From: a bacterium
GTDB taxonomy: Bacteria > Zhuqueibacterota > Zhuqueibacteria > Residuimicrobiales > Krinioviventaceae
DNA: 64,000 nt
Assembly (NCBI GenBank): GCA_963674595.2
Contig: CAXXFV010000023.1
Span: forward strand, 128,001 to 192,000
Direction: 5' to 3'
Below are positions 10,018 through 19,734 of the stretch, piece after piece. The translations under genes and the position numbers were made by a program. The stretch's first letter is position 1; each line of letters opens with the position of its first letter. The notes under the pieces were generated by a model that saw only the letters and a program-made list of their open reading frames with translations, ran no database searches and was not told where the DNA came from.

Positions 10018-10896
10018 ATGTCAGTCGATGTCAAATTAGAACAGTACTTGGATAAAGTTGATCATCTGCCTACTCTGCCCGTTGTTTTGGTACAGATTTT
10101 AAAAAAGCTAGAAGATCCTGATTTTGAAATGAATGAAATTGTGGATTTGATTCTTATGGATCAGGTCCTTACTGCAAAAACCATTCGAATGGTTAATTCA
10201 GCTCATTTTGGATTAAACAGACAAGTTGAATCTTTAAGAAAAGCTGTGCTTGTACTTGGTGCAAAAGAAATTCGAAATTTGGTTTTAACAACTTCCTTGT
10301 TGGATCTGTTTCCGGGAAATCAAAAAACAGAATTTACAAAAACTTTTTGGGAACACTCTTTTGCCAGTGCGTTATTCAGCACAATTCTGGCCAAGTGTGT
10401 TGGATATAAAAATCGAGAAAGATCTTATCTGGCTGGTTTACTTCATGATATCGGAGAAATTATCCTTATAGTGAATTTTCCGGACGAGTTTGAAAAGGTG
10501 GTGCAGGAAAGTAAAAATACAAAATATGATTTTCATGAAGCCGAACAAAGAGTGCTTGGTATTAGTCATATTAATTTTGGTCCTTTATTGCTGGAAAAGT
10601 GGAGTTTCGGTGGAGAGTTGTCACATGTCGTTTCGCGGCATCATCATCCTGAAACAGCGCTGATTGATCCTGTGTTGGTTGCTATTGTCAGACTTGCTGA
10701 TTTGTTTGCACGTAAAAATGGTTTTGGTATTGGAAACCATGATAAAGTTTCCGTCGAATTTGAAAATGATATAGCATGGGATATTTTAAAGAAAAAGTTT
10801 TCAAATTCCAACGGATTTAATCCTCAGGAAATAATTCAGACCCTGGATGATAACGTTGTAAAAGTTGATGAGTTCATTAGTATGAATTATAATTAA
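10018..10896 (+). CDS. Standalone HDOD-domain protein 1
   Basis: LPTLP...DQVLTAK..R.VNSA...FWEHS...AGLLHDIG...HHHP; start placed at MSVDVK. Confidence 0.9.
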   Translation: MSVDVKLEQYLDKVDHLPTLPVVLVQILKKLEDPDFEMNEIVDLILMDQVLTAKTIRMVNSAHFGLNRQVESLRKAVLVLGAKEIRNLVLTTSLLDLFPGNQKTEFTKTFWEHSFASALFSTILAKCVGYKNRERSYLAGLLHDIGEIILIVNFPDEFEKVVQESKNTKYDFHEAEQRVLGISHINFGPLLLEKWSFGGELSHVVSRHHHPETALIDPVLVAIVRLADLFARKNGFGIGNHDKVSVEFENDIAWDILKKKFSNSNGFNPQEIIQTLDDNVVKVDEFISMNYN

Positions 10897-10905
10897 GGAA
10901 AAATT

Positions 10906-12033
10906 ATGGGAAGAATGTTGATACTTCTCGTACTCGGAACTTCTATTATTTTTGGTATGACAACCTTAAATATGAACAATAGTAATACGAGAATGCTCAA
11001 CGCTACAGTAGAAGACTATGAAACACAGCAGGCCAGAAATCTGGCTAAAAGTGGAATTGACTTGGCCGTTAGTAAAATTTTTCAGGATACAACATGGACG
11101 GGCGTTTCTAATCTTCAAGTGGCGGGTGGTAAACTTGATGTTTCAATCAATTCAACAACAAGCCTGTATCCGAATGGTGAGGATATGGGAGAGAATGGTC
11201 GAGAAGTCAGTGCCGTTGGTACTGTGGCAGGCCATTCTGTTACTGTAAAGGCCGTATTGCAGTTGCCCCAGGGAAGTGGTGTGCCGCCATTTTTTAATTA
11301 TGCTCTGTTATCAGAAGAGGATCTGGCGCTTACCGGAAATATCAGCATACGGGATGCAAATGCCTCAGGAATTAATTCAAATATTCATACAAATGAAGAT
11401 TTAACTGTAAGAGGTAACGCAAGTATTAAAGGTTTTGGGAGCTATGCCGGCTCTGCTAGTTTTCAACCAAATAATCCTTCACGTTTTTTTAATCCCAATG
11501 ATAATCCTGAAAGTTTGCCTGTTACGGCACAAACATCAGCCATTACCATACCCGAGTTTGACCCAAGCGAATATGTTGGTATTGCTACGGATACATATTC
11601 AGGTACCTTGACTCTTGCAGGAAACCATAGTTTGGGTACAAAAGAAAATCCGAAAATTTGGTATGTAGACGGTGATCTTCATATCAGTGGAAATTTTTCC
11701 GGGTATGGTGTTTTTATTGTAACCGGTAATATACATTTAACGGGAAATTCTTCTGTTATTGCTGCTGATCCGCTTGGTAATAATCTCGGTTTTTATTCAG
11801 GTGGTGATATTTTAATGACTGGTAATACAACAATTGACGCACAGATATTTTCAAATAACAATATTTCAATGCGGGGTAATATCCGCTTAAATGGCCTTGC
11901 AACTGCAAGAAACACAATTGACCTTTATGGAAATGTGGCTGTTTACTATAAACCTGCTGCACAAAACTTGACAGCCCCTTTTTGGAGCGGTTCCGAAATG
12001 GGCAAACCCGTCGTGGTATCATATTATGAATAG
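10906..12033 (+). CDS. PilX-like minor pilin with C-terminal beta-helix, copy 2
   Basis: Paralog of 8853..9989 (QARNLAKSGIDLA, DTTW, TSLYP, PPF..YAL, NSNIHTN, P.VVSY.E). Confidence 0.7.
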   Translation: MGRMLILLVLGTSIIFGMTTLNMNNSNTRMLNATVEDYETQQARNLAKSGIDLAVSKIFQDTTWTGVSNLQVAGGKLDVSINSTTSLYPNGEDMGENGREVSAVGTVAGHSVTVKAVLQLPQGSGVPPFFNYALLSEEDLALTGNISIRDANASGINSNIHTNEDLTVRGNASIKGFGSYAGSASFQPNNPSRFFNPNDNPESLPVTAQTSAITIPEFDPSEYVGIATDTYSGTLTLAGNHSLGTKENPKIWYVDGDLHISGNFSGYGVFIVTGNIHLTGNSSVIAADPLGNNLGFYSGGDILMTGNTTIDAQIFSNNNISMRGNIRLNGLATARNTIDLYGNVAVYYKPAAQNLTAPFWSGSEMGKPVVVSYYE

Positions 12034-12072
12034 TGGATAAAAATTTACAAAGGTGTGAGAGGTTAACTGGAA

Positions 12073-12951
12073 ATGGATGAAAAACAAGAAAAATTACACT
12101 ATTATACGGAACACTTGGAGGAGCTTCCGACATTACCTTCAGTCGCTACGCGTATTTTAGAAAAACTGCAAGACCCTGATTATGATATTAATGAAATTGT
12201 GGATTTGATATTGATGGATCAGGTTTTAACCGCCAAAACATTTGGTTTGGTAAATTCAGCCTATCTCGGCCTGGGCCGAAAGGTTGAATCTGTAAGACAA
12301 GCAATTTTGTATCTGGGAACAAAGGAAATACGTAATGTTGTTCTGACAACGTCGTTAATGAAACTTTTTCAAGGTGCAGAAGAATCAGGTTTTGTCAAGT
12401 CATTTTGGGAACACTCTTTTGCTTGTGGTTTGTTTAGCAGTATTCTGGCAAAGAGTGTCGGATTTCGGGATATTGAAAGAGCATATTTGGGTGGATTGCT
12501 GCATGATATTGGTGAGGCCATTTTTATCCTTAAATTTCAGGATGATTTTGATAAAGTCCGGGCAGAGGCAGAAAATTGTAGTTGGGATTTTCACAAGTCG
12601 GAACAAAAAGTATTAGGCATTAGCCATACAGATATCGGACCCTGGTTGTTGGAACGCTGGAACCTGAATTTTGAAATTGGTATTGTTGTAACATGCCATC
12701 ATGCTCCAGAGATGTCTGTTACAGAGGCTGCGTTGGTTTCCATTGTAAATTTGGCAGATCTATATTGCCGTAAAAAAGGATTTAGTTTGGGCGGTAAAAT
12801 TGATTTTCAAACAAATTTATACACTCAACCTGCATGGAAAATCATTGCCAAAGAATTGAAACTTGCTGAAGACTTTGATCCTCAACTGCATATCGATGTG
12901 CTTGATAAAAATTTTGAGGAAGCAAAAGAATTTATAAATATGATCTATTAA
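12073..12951 (+). CDS. Standalone HDOD-domain protein 2
   Basis: LPTLP, DQVLTAK, VNSA, FWEHS, LLHDIG, CHH. Confidence 0.9.
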   Translation: MDEKQEKLHYYTEHLEELPTLPSVATRILEKLQDPDYDINEIVDLILMDQVLTAKTFGLVNSAYLGLGRKVESVRQAILYLGTKEIRNVVLTTSLMKLFQGAEESGFVKSFWEHSFACGLFSSILAKSVGFRDIERAYLGGLLHDIGEAIFILKFQDDFDKVRAEAENCSWDFHKSEQKVLGISHTDIGPWLLERWNLNFEIGIVVTCHHAPEMSVTEAALVSIVNLADLYCRKKGFSLGGKIDFQTNLYTQPAWKIIAKELKLAEDFDPQLHIDVLDKNFEEAKEFINMIY

Positions 12952-12979
12952 TTTTATATTTGCTTTAATGGAGGTTTTG

Positions 12980-13891
12980 ATGGGCTTTCCCGACAAAGTT
13001 TACGCACCAAAGACAGAAAAGCAGGCACGGTTAGCCTTTTATGTCGAACGAATTGAAAATATACCAACTCTTCCTACTATAGCTTTTAGTGTTTTACGAA
13101 AAACCGAACAGCAGGATTATGATATTGATGAGTTGGTTGATTTAATTCTAATGGACCAGGTATTGGCAGCCAAAACCTTAAGAATTGTTAATTCGGCTTT
13201 TATGGGATTATCGCGGCAGGTACAAACATTACGCCAGGCATTAGTTGTTTTAGGTGCAAGAGAAATTCGTAATTTGGTATTAGCCACTTCTTTACTGCAG
13301 TTATTGGATGATTCTAAAAACAATTCCCTGGTTCAGTCTTTTTGGGAACATTCATTTGCCTGTGGCATCTTTAGTATTATGCTGGCAAAAAACATTGGTT
13401 ATCGTAACACGGAACGCGCCTATCTTGCAGGATTATTACATGATATTGGTGAGGTGATTCTTATTGCCAATTTCCCTAATGAAGTTAATGATATTGTCGA
13501 CATTGTGCCCCAATATAATTGGGATTTTAACAAGGCAGAAGCAGAAGTGTTGGGCATAAGCCATGTTGATTTTGGTCCCTGGTTGTTGGAGCGCTGGAAC
13601 ATTGGCGGCGATATTGCCCATGTTGTGGCCAGGCACCATGAACCTGAAAATGCTTTGGTTGACCCCCCACTTGTAGCTATTGTCAATATGGCCGATCTTT
13701 ATTGCCGTTCCCGTGGTTTATATATGGGGTCTCGATTTAATGTGAAAATCGATTTGGAAAATCAGATCGCCTGGAAAATTATGGATAAAAAGTACCCCAT
13801 TTATGGCGGTTTTGAACCAAAATTTCATCTGGAGTTTCTGGACAGTAATCTCAAAGATGTGCAGGATGCAATTAAAACTGTTTTTAAATAA
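12980..13891 (+). CDS. Standalone HDOD-domain protein 3
   Basis: IPTLP, DQVLAAK, VNSA, FWEHS, AGLLHDIG, RHH; GGAGG RBS precedes ATG 12980. Confidence 0.9.
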   Translation: MGFPDKVYAPKTEKQARLAFYVERIENIPTLPTIAFSVLRKTEQQDYDIDELVDLILMDQVLAAKTLRIVNSAFMGLSRQVQTLRQALVVLGAREIRNLVLATSLLQLLDDSKNNSLVQSFWEHSFACGIFSIMLAKNIGYRNTERAYLAGLLHDIGEVILIANFPNEVNDIVDIVPQYNWDFNKAEAEVLGISHVDFGPWLLERWNIGGDIAHVVARHHEPENALVDPPLVAIVNMADLYCRSRGLYMGSRFNVKIDLENQIAWKIMDKKYPIYGGFEPKFHLEFLDSNLKDVQDAIKTVFK

Positions 13892-13895
13892 CTAA

Positions 13896-14900
13896 TTATA
13901 CCTTAACATAAGACATGTTTTTATCAGCGGATGATTGTAATAATAAACTCGTATGGGTTGCTTTTAAAACATCCGCTGTTTTTAAATCATCTTGATTCGT
14001 TTTTTCGTAAATATCGCGAATAAACGAATCGAGATATCCTCCGGGGTTGCCCGCTGATAATGGTTTGTTTTTCGGTTTTTTCTCACCGTTTTTATAAATT
14101 GAAATGTATTCCTGGTTTATCCCGGCTTCTAAAATTCCCTTATCTCCCCATATTGTTGTACGCCAGTATTGAGGGACAGAGTATTCAAAAGAATCCGGTA
14201 CCAGGTAGGAAAAATCACAAACAATTCCTGCATCATTTGACATTTCCAGCATGCCCTGTCCGCATTCTTTAAAATAGGGGAACTGCGGCAACCGCGCGTT
14301 CCAGCAGCGAGCGGATACTATTTGTTTAATTTCTAGTCCGGTTATCCAGGGCAGGATATCTATAGCGTGAATGCCGATATCATTTAATGTTCCCCCATGT
14401 TTGCCTTTTTCAAAATACCAGTGAGGACGTTTGGATAATAAAAGCGGATGTTGTCCTCCTATTTGAACAGCATTAACCTCTCCAATTTCATCACCTGATA
14501 TTAAATCTCGTAAACCGATAAAAACAGGCGAATCTCTTAAATCCAGCATACAGCCGATTTTTTTGTTTTTAACCAGGTTTTTAATTATTTCCAATTCTTC
14601 CAGTGATGTACAAGCTGGTTTGTCGCTGATCACATGTTTGCCTGCCTGCAGGGCTTGAATAATTCGTTCGCCTCGAATACTGTAATAATCTCCGACAGCA
14701 ATAGCGTTACAGTTTATTGTCGACAACATTTCTTTGTAACAGTTATGGGTAATTTTTATGTTGGTATTCGCCAACTCTTGTAAACAACTGTTGTCCTCTT
14801 CACATGCTGCTGTTATTTCTATATCATCTCTTTCAACACACCTGTTGTAAAGATCAAAAATATGCGGGTGACGAAATCCAATGAATGCAATTTTTATCAT
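13896..14900 (-). CDS. Gfo/Idh/MocA family oxidoreductase
   Basis: Rossmann N-terminus; AGKHVISDKP; GGTLNDIGIHAID. Confidence 0.9.
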   Translation of the reverse strand: MIKIAFIGFRHPHIFDLYNRCVERDDIEITAACEEDNSCLQELANTNIKITHNCYKEMLSTINCNAIAVGDYYSIRGERIIQALQAGKHVISDKPACTSLEELEIIKNLVKNKKIGCMLDLRDSPVFIGLRDLISGDEIGEVNAVQIGGQHPLLLSKRPHWYFEKGKHGGTLNDIGIHAIDILPWITGLEIKQIVSARCWNARLPQFPYFKECGQGMLEMSNDAGIVCDFSYLVPDSFEYSVPQYWRTTIWGDKGILEAGINQEYISIYKNGEKKPKNKPLSAGNPGGYLDSFIRDIYEKTNQDDLKTADVLKATHTSLLLQSSADKNMSYVKV

Positions 14901-14923
14901 ATTTTTAACTTTTTAGTACTTGA

Positions 14924-15235
14924 TTAATTTTCTCTGACGGGTAGTTTTATTCTTCTTTTTTCCGGTTCCGGATTTTCACGGTACAAAATAGCCACATGAC
15001 CAATTATTCCTGCCAAATGACATTGACACTTTTCAGCCATTTCGGCGCTCAATTCTTTTCTCTCTTCTTTAAATTCGATAAATTTTACTTTAATCAATTC
15101 ATGGGCATCCAGCGCTTCATTAACAGCATCAATAAGGTCTGTGTTCAATCCGTTTTTCCCGATTTGAACGACTGGTTTTAGGGGATTAGCAAGTCCCCTT
15201 AAAAATCTTTTTTGAAATCCTTGTAAAGTATTCAT
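14924..15235 (-). CDS. yhbY: YhbY/CRM RNA-binding ribosome assembly protein
   Basis: QKRFLRGLA..LKPVVQIGKNG...HELIKVK...IGHVAILYR. Confidence 0.92.
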   Translation of the reverse strand: MNTLQGFQKRFLRGLANPLKPVVQIGKNGLNTDLIDAVNEALDAHELIKVKFIEFKEERKELSAEMAEKCQCHLAGIIGHVAILYRENPEPEKRRIKLPVREN

Positions 15236-15247
15236 TTTTACTCCAAT

Positions 15248-16513
15248 TTAGTTACGTAAATGGCCGTGACCATGAACGATCCATTTGTAAGTTGTTAATT
15301 CCTGCGGCCCTACCGGTCCTCGTGCGTGTAATTTATCGGTACTAATCCCAACAACGGCCCCGAGGCCATAGTCTCCTCCACCGGAAAGGCGTGTTGATGC
15401 ATTTACTAAAACAGAAGCGCTGTCAACGCAATTAACAAATTTATCTGCCAAGGCCAGGCTTTCTGTAATAATGCTGTCTGTATGACCGGAACCATAATAA
15501 TTGATATGCCGGATGGCTTCATCAATGTCTTTAACGATTTTTATGGATAATATCGGTGCAAGATATTCCGTCATCCAGTCCTCTTCAGAGGCGTGTTCAA
15601 GCGAAGGGGCCAGTTTTATCGTTTCGTGACAGCCTAAAAGTTTGATGTTATTTTGCTTAAAAGCTGAAACAATTTTTGGCAAAATAGCGGGAGCTATTTT
15701 TTGATCAATTAACAGGGTTTCCAGTGCATTGCACACTTCAACTCTTTGGCATTTTGAATTAACGGCCACATCGATTGCCATTTCCAAATCAGCATCTTTT
15801 GCAATATACAAATGGCATATTCCTTCATAATGTTTAATGACAGGAATGTTGGTTCCCTGGGCAATTTTTTTAATCAGCTCTTTTCCCCCTCTGGGTATAA
15901 GTACATCAATGTACTCATTCATTCGTAACAGTTCTGAAACGGCCTCGTGACCGGGGGTGCGAAGAATTTGAATAGCGTGTTTTGGAGCATTGTATTCTTC
16001 AAGTGCGGCTATCATGGCCTCTGCCAGAACTATATTTGTTTCAATTGATTCTGAACCGCCGCGCAAAATAACGGCATTGCCGCTCTTTAAACAAACAGAT
16101 GCGGCATCGGTCGTAACATTTGGTCTGGATTCATAAATAATTCCAATAACACCGATTGGAACGCTGACTTTTTTAACTTGCAGTCCGTCCGGACGTGTGT
16201 GACCTTCCAGGATTTTATCGACAGGATCGGGCATGGATGCTACTTTTTTTAACCTGTTTAACATATATTGGTATATTTTTTCCGTAATTTCCAGCCTTTT
16301 AATAAAAGGTTCAGAAAGACCGGCTTTTCGGGCCTTTTTCAGGTCACGCTGGTTTGCCAGAAACAAGTCTTTTTTTATAGATTCGAGTTTTTCCGGCATT
16401 AATGCCAAAATGTTTTGCCGTGCCGATCCTGATAAAGTTTTTAATTCAAGAGCAGCCATTTTTGCATTTTTCCCCATTTCTTCTATATCCGGGGAAATTT
16501 TATTGTTTAACAT
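15248..16513 (-). CDS. proA: Glutamate-5-semialdehyde dehydrogenase
   Basis: VPIGVIGIIYESRPNVT, LRGGSE, CNALETLL, HARGPVG; start at MLNNK after GGAG. Confidence 0.95.
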   Translation of the reverse strand: MLNNKISPDIEEMGKNAKMAALELKTLSGSARQNILALMPEKLESIKKDLFLANQRDLKKARKAGLSEPFIKRLEITEKIYQYMLNRLKKVASMPDPVDKILEGHTRPDGLQVKKVSVPIGVIGIIYESRPNVTTDAASVCLKSGNAVILRGGSESIETNIVLAEAMIAALEEYNAPKHAIQILRTPGHEAVSELLRMNEYIDVLIPRGGKELIKKIAQGTNIPVIKHYEGICHLYIAKDADLEMAIDVAVNSKCQRVEVCNALETLLIDQKIAPAILPKIVSAFKQNNIKLLGCHETIKLAPSLEHASEEDWMTEYLAPILSIKIVKDIDEAIRHINYYGSGHTDSIITESLALADKFVNCVDSASVLVNASTRLSGGGDYGLGAVVGISTDKLHARGPVGPQELTTYKWIVHGHGHLRN

Positions 16514-16655
16514 GAAAAACTCCAAGTGTACTATTTTTTTTAAAATATACGAAATTTTTTTATCAAACAAATGTGTTTTATAGCGTGTAAAATTATCATG
16601 CGATATTTTAGAAAAGAAATAAATGTATATTCATCATGCAAAAAGGAATTCGCCT

Positions 16656-17192
16656 ATGAATTTGTGGAGAGAGCTGCCTCCGGGCCCTGATGTGCCAAAT
16701 GTTATTTATGTTGTTGTAGAAATTCCAAAACGTTCTCGTAATAAATACGAATATGATGAAGGTGGCGGATTTATTAAGCTGGACCGGGTCCTTTCATCCT
16801 CATTACACTATCCCGGGGATTATGGATTTATTCCGCGAACAATGCATGATGACGGTGACCCGCTGGACGCCATTGTTTTAACGAATGAACCTACATTTTC
16901 AGGCTGTGTTATTGAGGCAAGGCCTTTGGGTGTTTTCCATCTCATTGACCGCGACCAGGCTGATGATAAAATTTTAGCTGTTCCTAATACCGACCCTCTT
17001 TTTAATCATTACCGTACTTTGGATGATGTTCCGCCTCATTTTTTAAAAGAAGTGAGTCATTTTTTTAGCGTTTATAAAGACCTGGAGCAGGTTAAAATGC
17101 AGGCAAAAGGGTGGGAAGGAATAGAACGGGCCCGTGAAGAAATTGAACGCGGTTTGGATTTATATGTTAAAATGTTAAGATCCACCCGCTGA
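16656..17192 (+). CDS. ppa: Inorganic pyrophosphatase (family I)
   Basis: NKYE, LDR, YPGDYGFIP, DGDPLD, DDKILAV. Confidence 0.95.
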   Translation: MNLWRELPPGPDVPNVIYVVVEIPKRSRNKYEYDEGGGFIKLDRVLSSSLHYPGDYGFIPRTMHDDGDPLDAIVLTNEPTFSGCVIEARPLGVFHLIDRDQADDKILAVPNTDPLFNHYRTLDDVPPHFLKEVSHFFSVYKDLEQVKMQAKGWEGIERAREEIERGLDLYVKMLRSTR

Positions 17193-17194
17193 GA

Positions 17195-17824
17195 TTAAAT
17201 GTCGTTCCATGTATTTGTGATGTTATCAACGACAATGTTGATATTGAAAGTTTGGGTGAAAAAGTCTGATTTTTTTTCAAATCCATAAATTTCCGCACTT
17301 ATTTCACCCCGGCAGAAAATATGCAAATGAACACAATCGGCATCTAATTCTGCCTGAATTTTTTTTACACAATTTGTATGGGATCGGTCCAGGCCGTCTG
17401 CTATTCTTAAAAGAGATGCCAGAGATTTTACTCTTTCCTGGTTTTCTTTATCAAGTTTGTCAAAATTTTTATGCTTTAAACTTGGAAATGATTTTCTATG
17501 GTACCTGGCAATATTGGCGATAAGCAGCTTTTCCTTTTCATCCCATCCGGGCAATTCATTTAAAAGTATCATTTTCATACTATTTTTATGATGACCTTTT
17601 GGGCCTTTTGACCAGCCAATATCGTGTAACAGGGCAGCCGCTTCCAATAATTCTCTGTCTTTTTGGTTCATTCCATGTAATATTGATAATTCATCAAACA
17701 ATTGAAGCGCCAATGTTGAAACCTGTATGGCGTGCGATGGCTCCCGGTCAAACTCTTTCATCAAATTTTCAGCAGTTTTTATTTTTAAAGAAATTGGTTT
17801 ATTCAATATTTTTATATTCCTCAA
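17195..17824 (-). CDS. HD domain, Ppx/GppA C-terminal-like (separate gene or frameshifted C-terminus of the upstream Ppx)
   Basis: HA..V..LA..LFD, AALLHDIG, HHK, ARYHRK, LRIADGLDRSH. Confidence 0.85.
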   Translation of the reverse strand: MRNIKILNKPISLKIKTAENLMKEFDREPSHAIQVSTLALQLFDELSILHGMNQKDRELLEAAALLHDIGWSKGPKGHHKNSMKMILLNELPGWDEKEKLLIANIARYHRKSFPSLKHKNFDKLDKENQERVKSLASLLRIADGLDRSHTNCVKKIQAELDADCVHLHIFCRGEISAEIYGFEKKSDFFTQTFNINIVVDNITNTWNDI

Positions 17825-18713
17825 TTAATACTCCAAACATCAAATCTTTCAAGCTTGTTAATGTTGATGTCAGGTTAAAAAATTTCATTATTGTTTTTGT
17901 GACAAGAGCACCTGTTATAATAACATCTGCCCGTTCCGGGACAAGCCCTGTTATTTTTTGTCGGTTAGGATAATCAAGACTTTTAAGCTTGTCTATCATT
18001 GGACCGAGTTTCTTATATTTCAGTTTGTAATGATGTATTTTTTCTGCCTGAGAAATGTCAATATTGGCGTCAATCATGGCAATGGTTGTTGCGGTCCCGC
18101 CTGTGAAAACTGAATGTTCGATTTTTGGGGGAATATGCGGAAGACCTTTTAACAGGTGCAAAATATGCTGTTCGACTTTAATAATTGACTGATCAGAAAA
18201 TAAAAGTTCGGGGAAAAATTTTGTAGTTAACCGTCGGCTGCCGATTGGCAAACTATGTTTTAATATTATTTCGTTTCTATTGCCATATACAAGTTCGGTA
18301 CTGCCCCCGCCGATATCACAAACTAAAAAGTCATTTTGATCGAGATCACTGGTAGCGCCTAAAAAGGACAGATAGGCTTCTTCTTTACCGCTGATAACCC
18401 GGCCTGAAATTTGGTTTTGTTTTTGAAAGAGATTTAATAATTGGTCCTTGTTTTTGGCCTCTCTCGCAGCACTTGTTGCTATCAGGTGGATTTTTTTTGT
18501 ATCGGATTTTTTGCAAATCTCCTGATAACCGGCCACCGCCTGGCTGACACGCTGCATGGCTTGTTCGGATAACATTTTATCTTTTGTCATTCCATAGCCA
18601 AGACGCGTTATTTGTTCCCGCATGAGGTGTGTTCTAATACAACCGGAAGGATCAATATCTGCAATGAGCAGACGTGTGGCATTTGTTCCAATATCAATAA
18701 CTGCTATACGCAT
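17799..18713 (-). CDS. ppx: Exopolyphosphatase Ppx/GppA (ASKHA domain)
   Basis: IDIGTNATRL, ATSAAREA, G.EEA, DIGGGSTE, GGT, RADVI..G. Confidence 0.92.
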   Translation of the reverse strand: MRIAVIDIGTNATRLLIADIDPSGCIRTHLMREQITRLGYGMTKDKMLSEQAMQRVSQAVAGYQEICKKSDTKKIHLIATSAAREAKNKDQLLNLFQKQNQISGRVISGKEEAYLSFLGATSDLDQNDFLVCDIGGGSTELVYGNRNEIILKHSLPIGSRRLTTKFFPELLFSDQSIIKVEQHILHLLKGLPHIPPKIEHSVFTGGTATTIAMIDANIDISQAEKIHHYKLKYKKLGPMIDKLKSLDYPNRQKITGLVPERADVIITGALVTKTIMKFFNLTSTLTSLKDLMFGVLIEEYKNIE

Positions 18714-18719
18714 GAGATG

Positions 18720-19028
18720 CTAGTATTCGCCCAGTTTTGTTGAAAGTAATTTAGTAATATCGTCAATTCGTCGTATATCCTTGAGGCGCCCTTTGTGAGA
18801 TTTGATTTTAAGGTTTTTGATGGCCTTAATCATTAAATTCAACTGAGCTTCATCCTGAGCGGCTGCAGGAATTTCCTCGTCTTCAGGGAGTGATAAGCCA
18901 TTTATACACCAAATCATTTCAGATTCCAGGTTGGCCTGATAGTTTGTCACACTTTTTCTAAATTCTTTTCTTAAATTTCCAATTTCTGATAAAAGTTCCT
19001 TACGTAGTTCGCTTTTTGTTTTTTTCAT
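18720..19028 (-). CDS. Small basic helical hypothetical protein in the polyP operon
   Basis: 102 aa, Lys/Arg-rich, helical (KIKSHKGRLKDIRRID); tightly spaced with neighbours. Confidence 0.6.
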   Translation of the reverse strand: MKKTKSELRKELLSEIGNLRKEFRKSVTNYQANLESEMIWCINGLSLPEDEEIPAAAQDEAQLNLMIKAIKNLKIKSHKGRLKDIRRIDDITKLLSTKLGEY

Positions 19029-19051
19029 AGAATCGTCTTTGTTCCCGATTT

Positions 19052-19734
19052 TTATTGTAATATTTTTTCGATTTTTTTCTGCAACTCGGCAGAGATGGCC
19101 CGTGGTGACCGATTGCCGTTTATCAATTCAAAATTATATTTTTCATGCAAAAGTTTAAATTGATTTTTCACTTTACGTTGATATTTGATAAAGCTGTCAA
19201 AGATGTCTCTTGAAAGCCGAATATCCATACCTGATTCCCAATAATCAAGGGTTGTATCTTTTTGAAAATTTCGTTCAATCAGAAAGCGGGGTGCGACATC
19301 TAGGTAAAAAACAGCATCCGGTACCAGTGCAATTTCGCTGTATAGCCTTTCCAGCCATTGCGAATCAGCACCTCTGATAATATCTCTTACCATTAAAGTA
19401 TATATATATCGGTCTGCCAATACTATAAATCCTGCTTTGAGTGCGGGAATAATTTGATTGACCAACTGGTCTGCAAAGTCGGTTGCATAAAACAAAGAAA
19501 GTGTTACAGGGCTTAGAATATTTCCCTGCATTGCTTCTTCCAACTGTCTGCTTACAAGGGTAGAACGTTTTAAACCAACGTTTACAGTTGCATGTCCCCG
19601 GCCTTCAAGCCAGTCCGTTAGCAGGCGGATCTGAGTTGATCTGCCGGAACCATCTGCACCTTCAACAACAATCAGTTTGCCAGTCAATTCCTCTACATTT
19701 TTACACTAGGTAATCCTTTGCCATAAAATTTCAT
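19052..19734 (-). CDS. Thymidylate-kinase-like protein B (apparent 1-nt frameshift near 19700)
   Basis: EGADGSGRST P-loop (K to R), LADRY, PD.VFYL, YWESGMD. True start likely ATG 19734 (MKFYGKGLP), overlapping the upstream TGA; frame breaks in an A-run. Confidence 0.85.
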
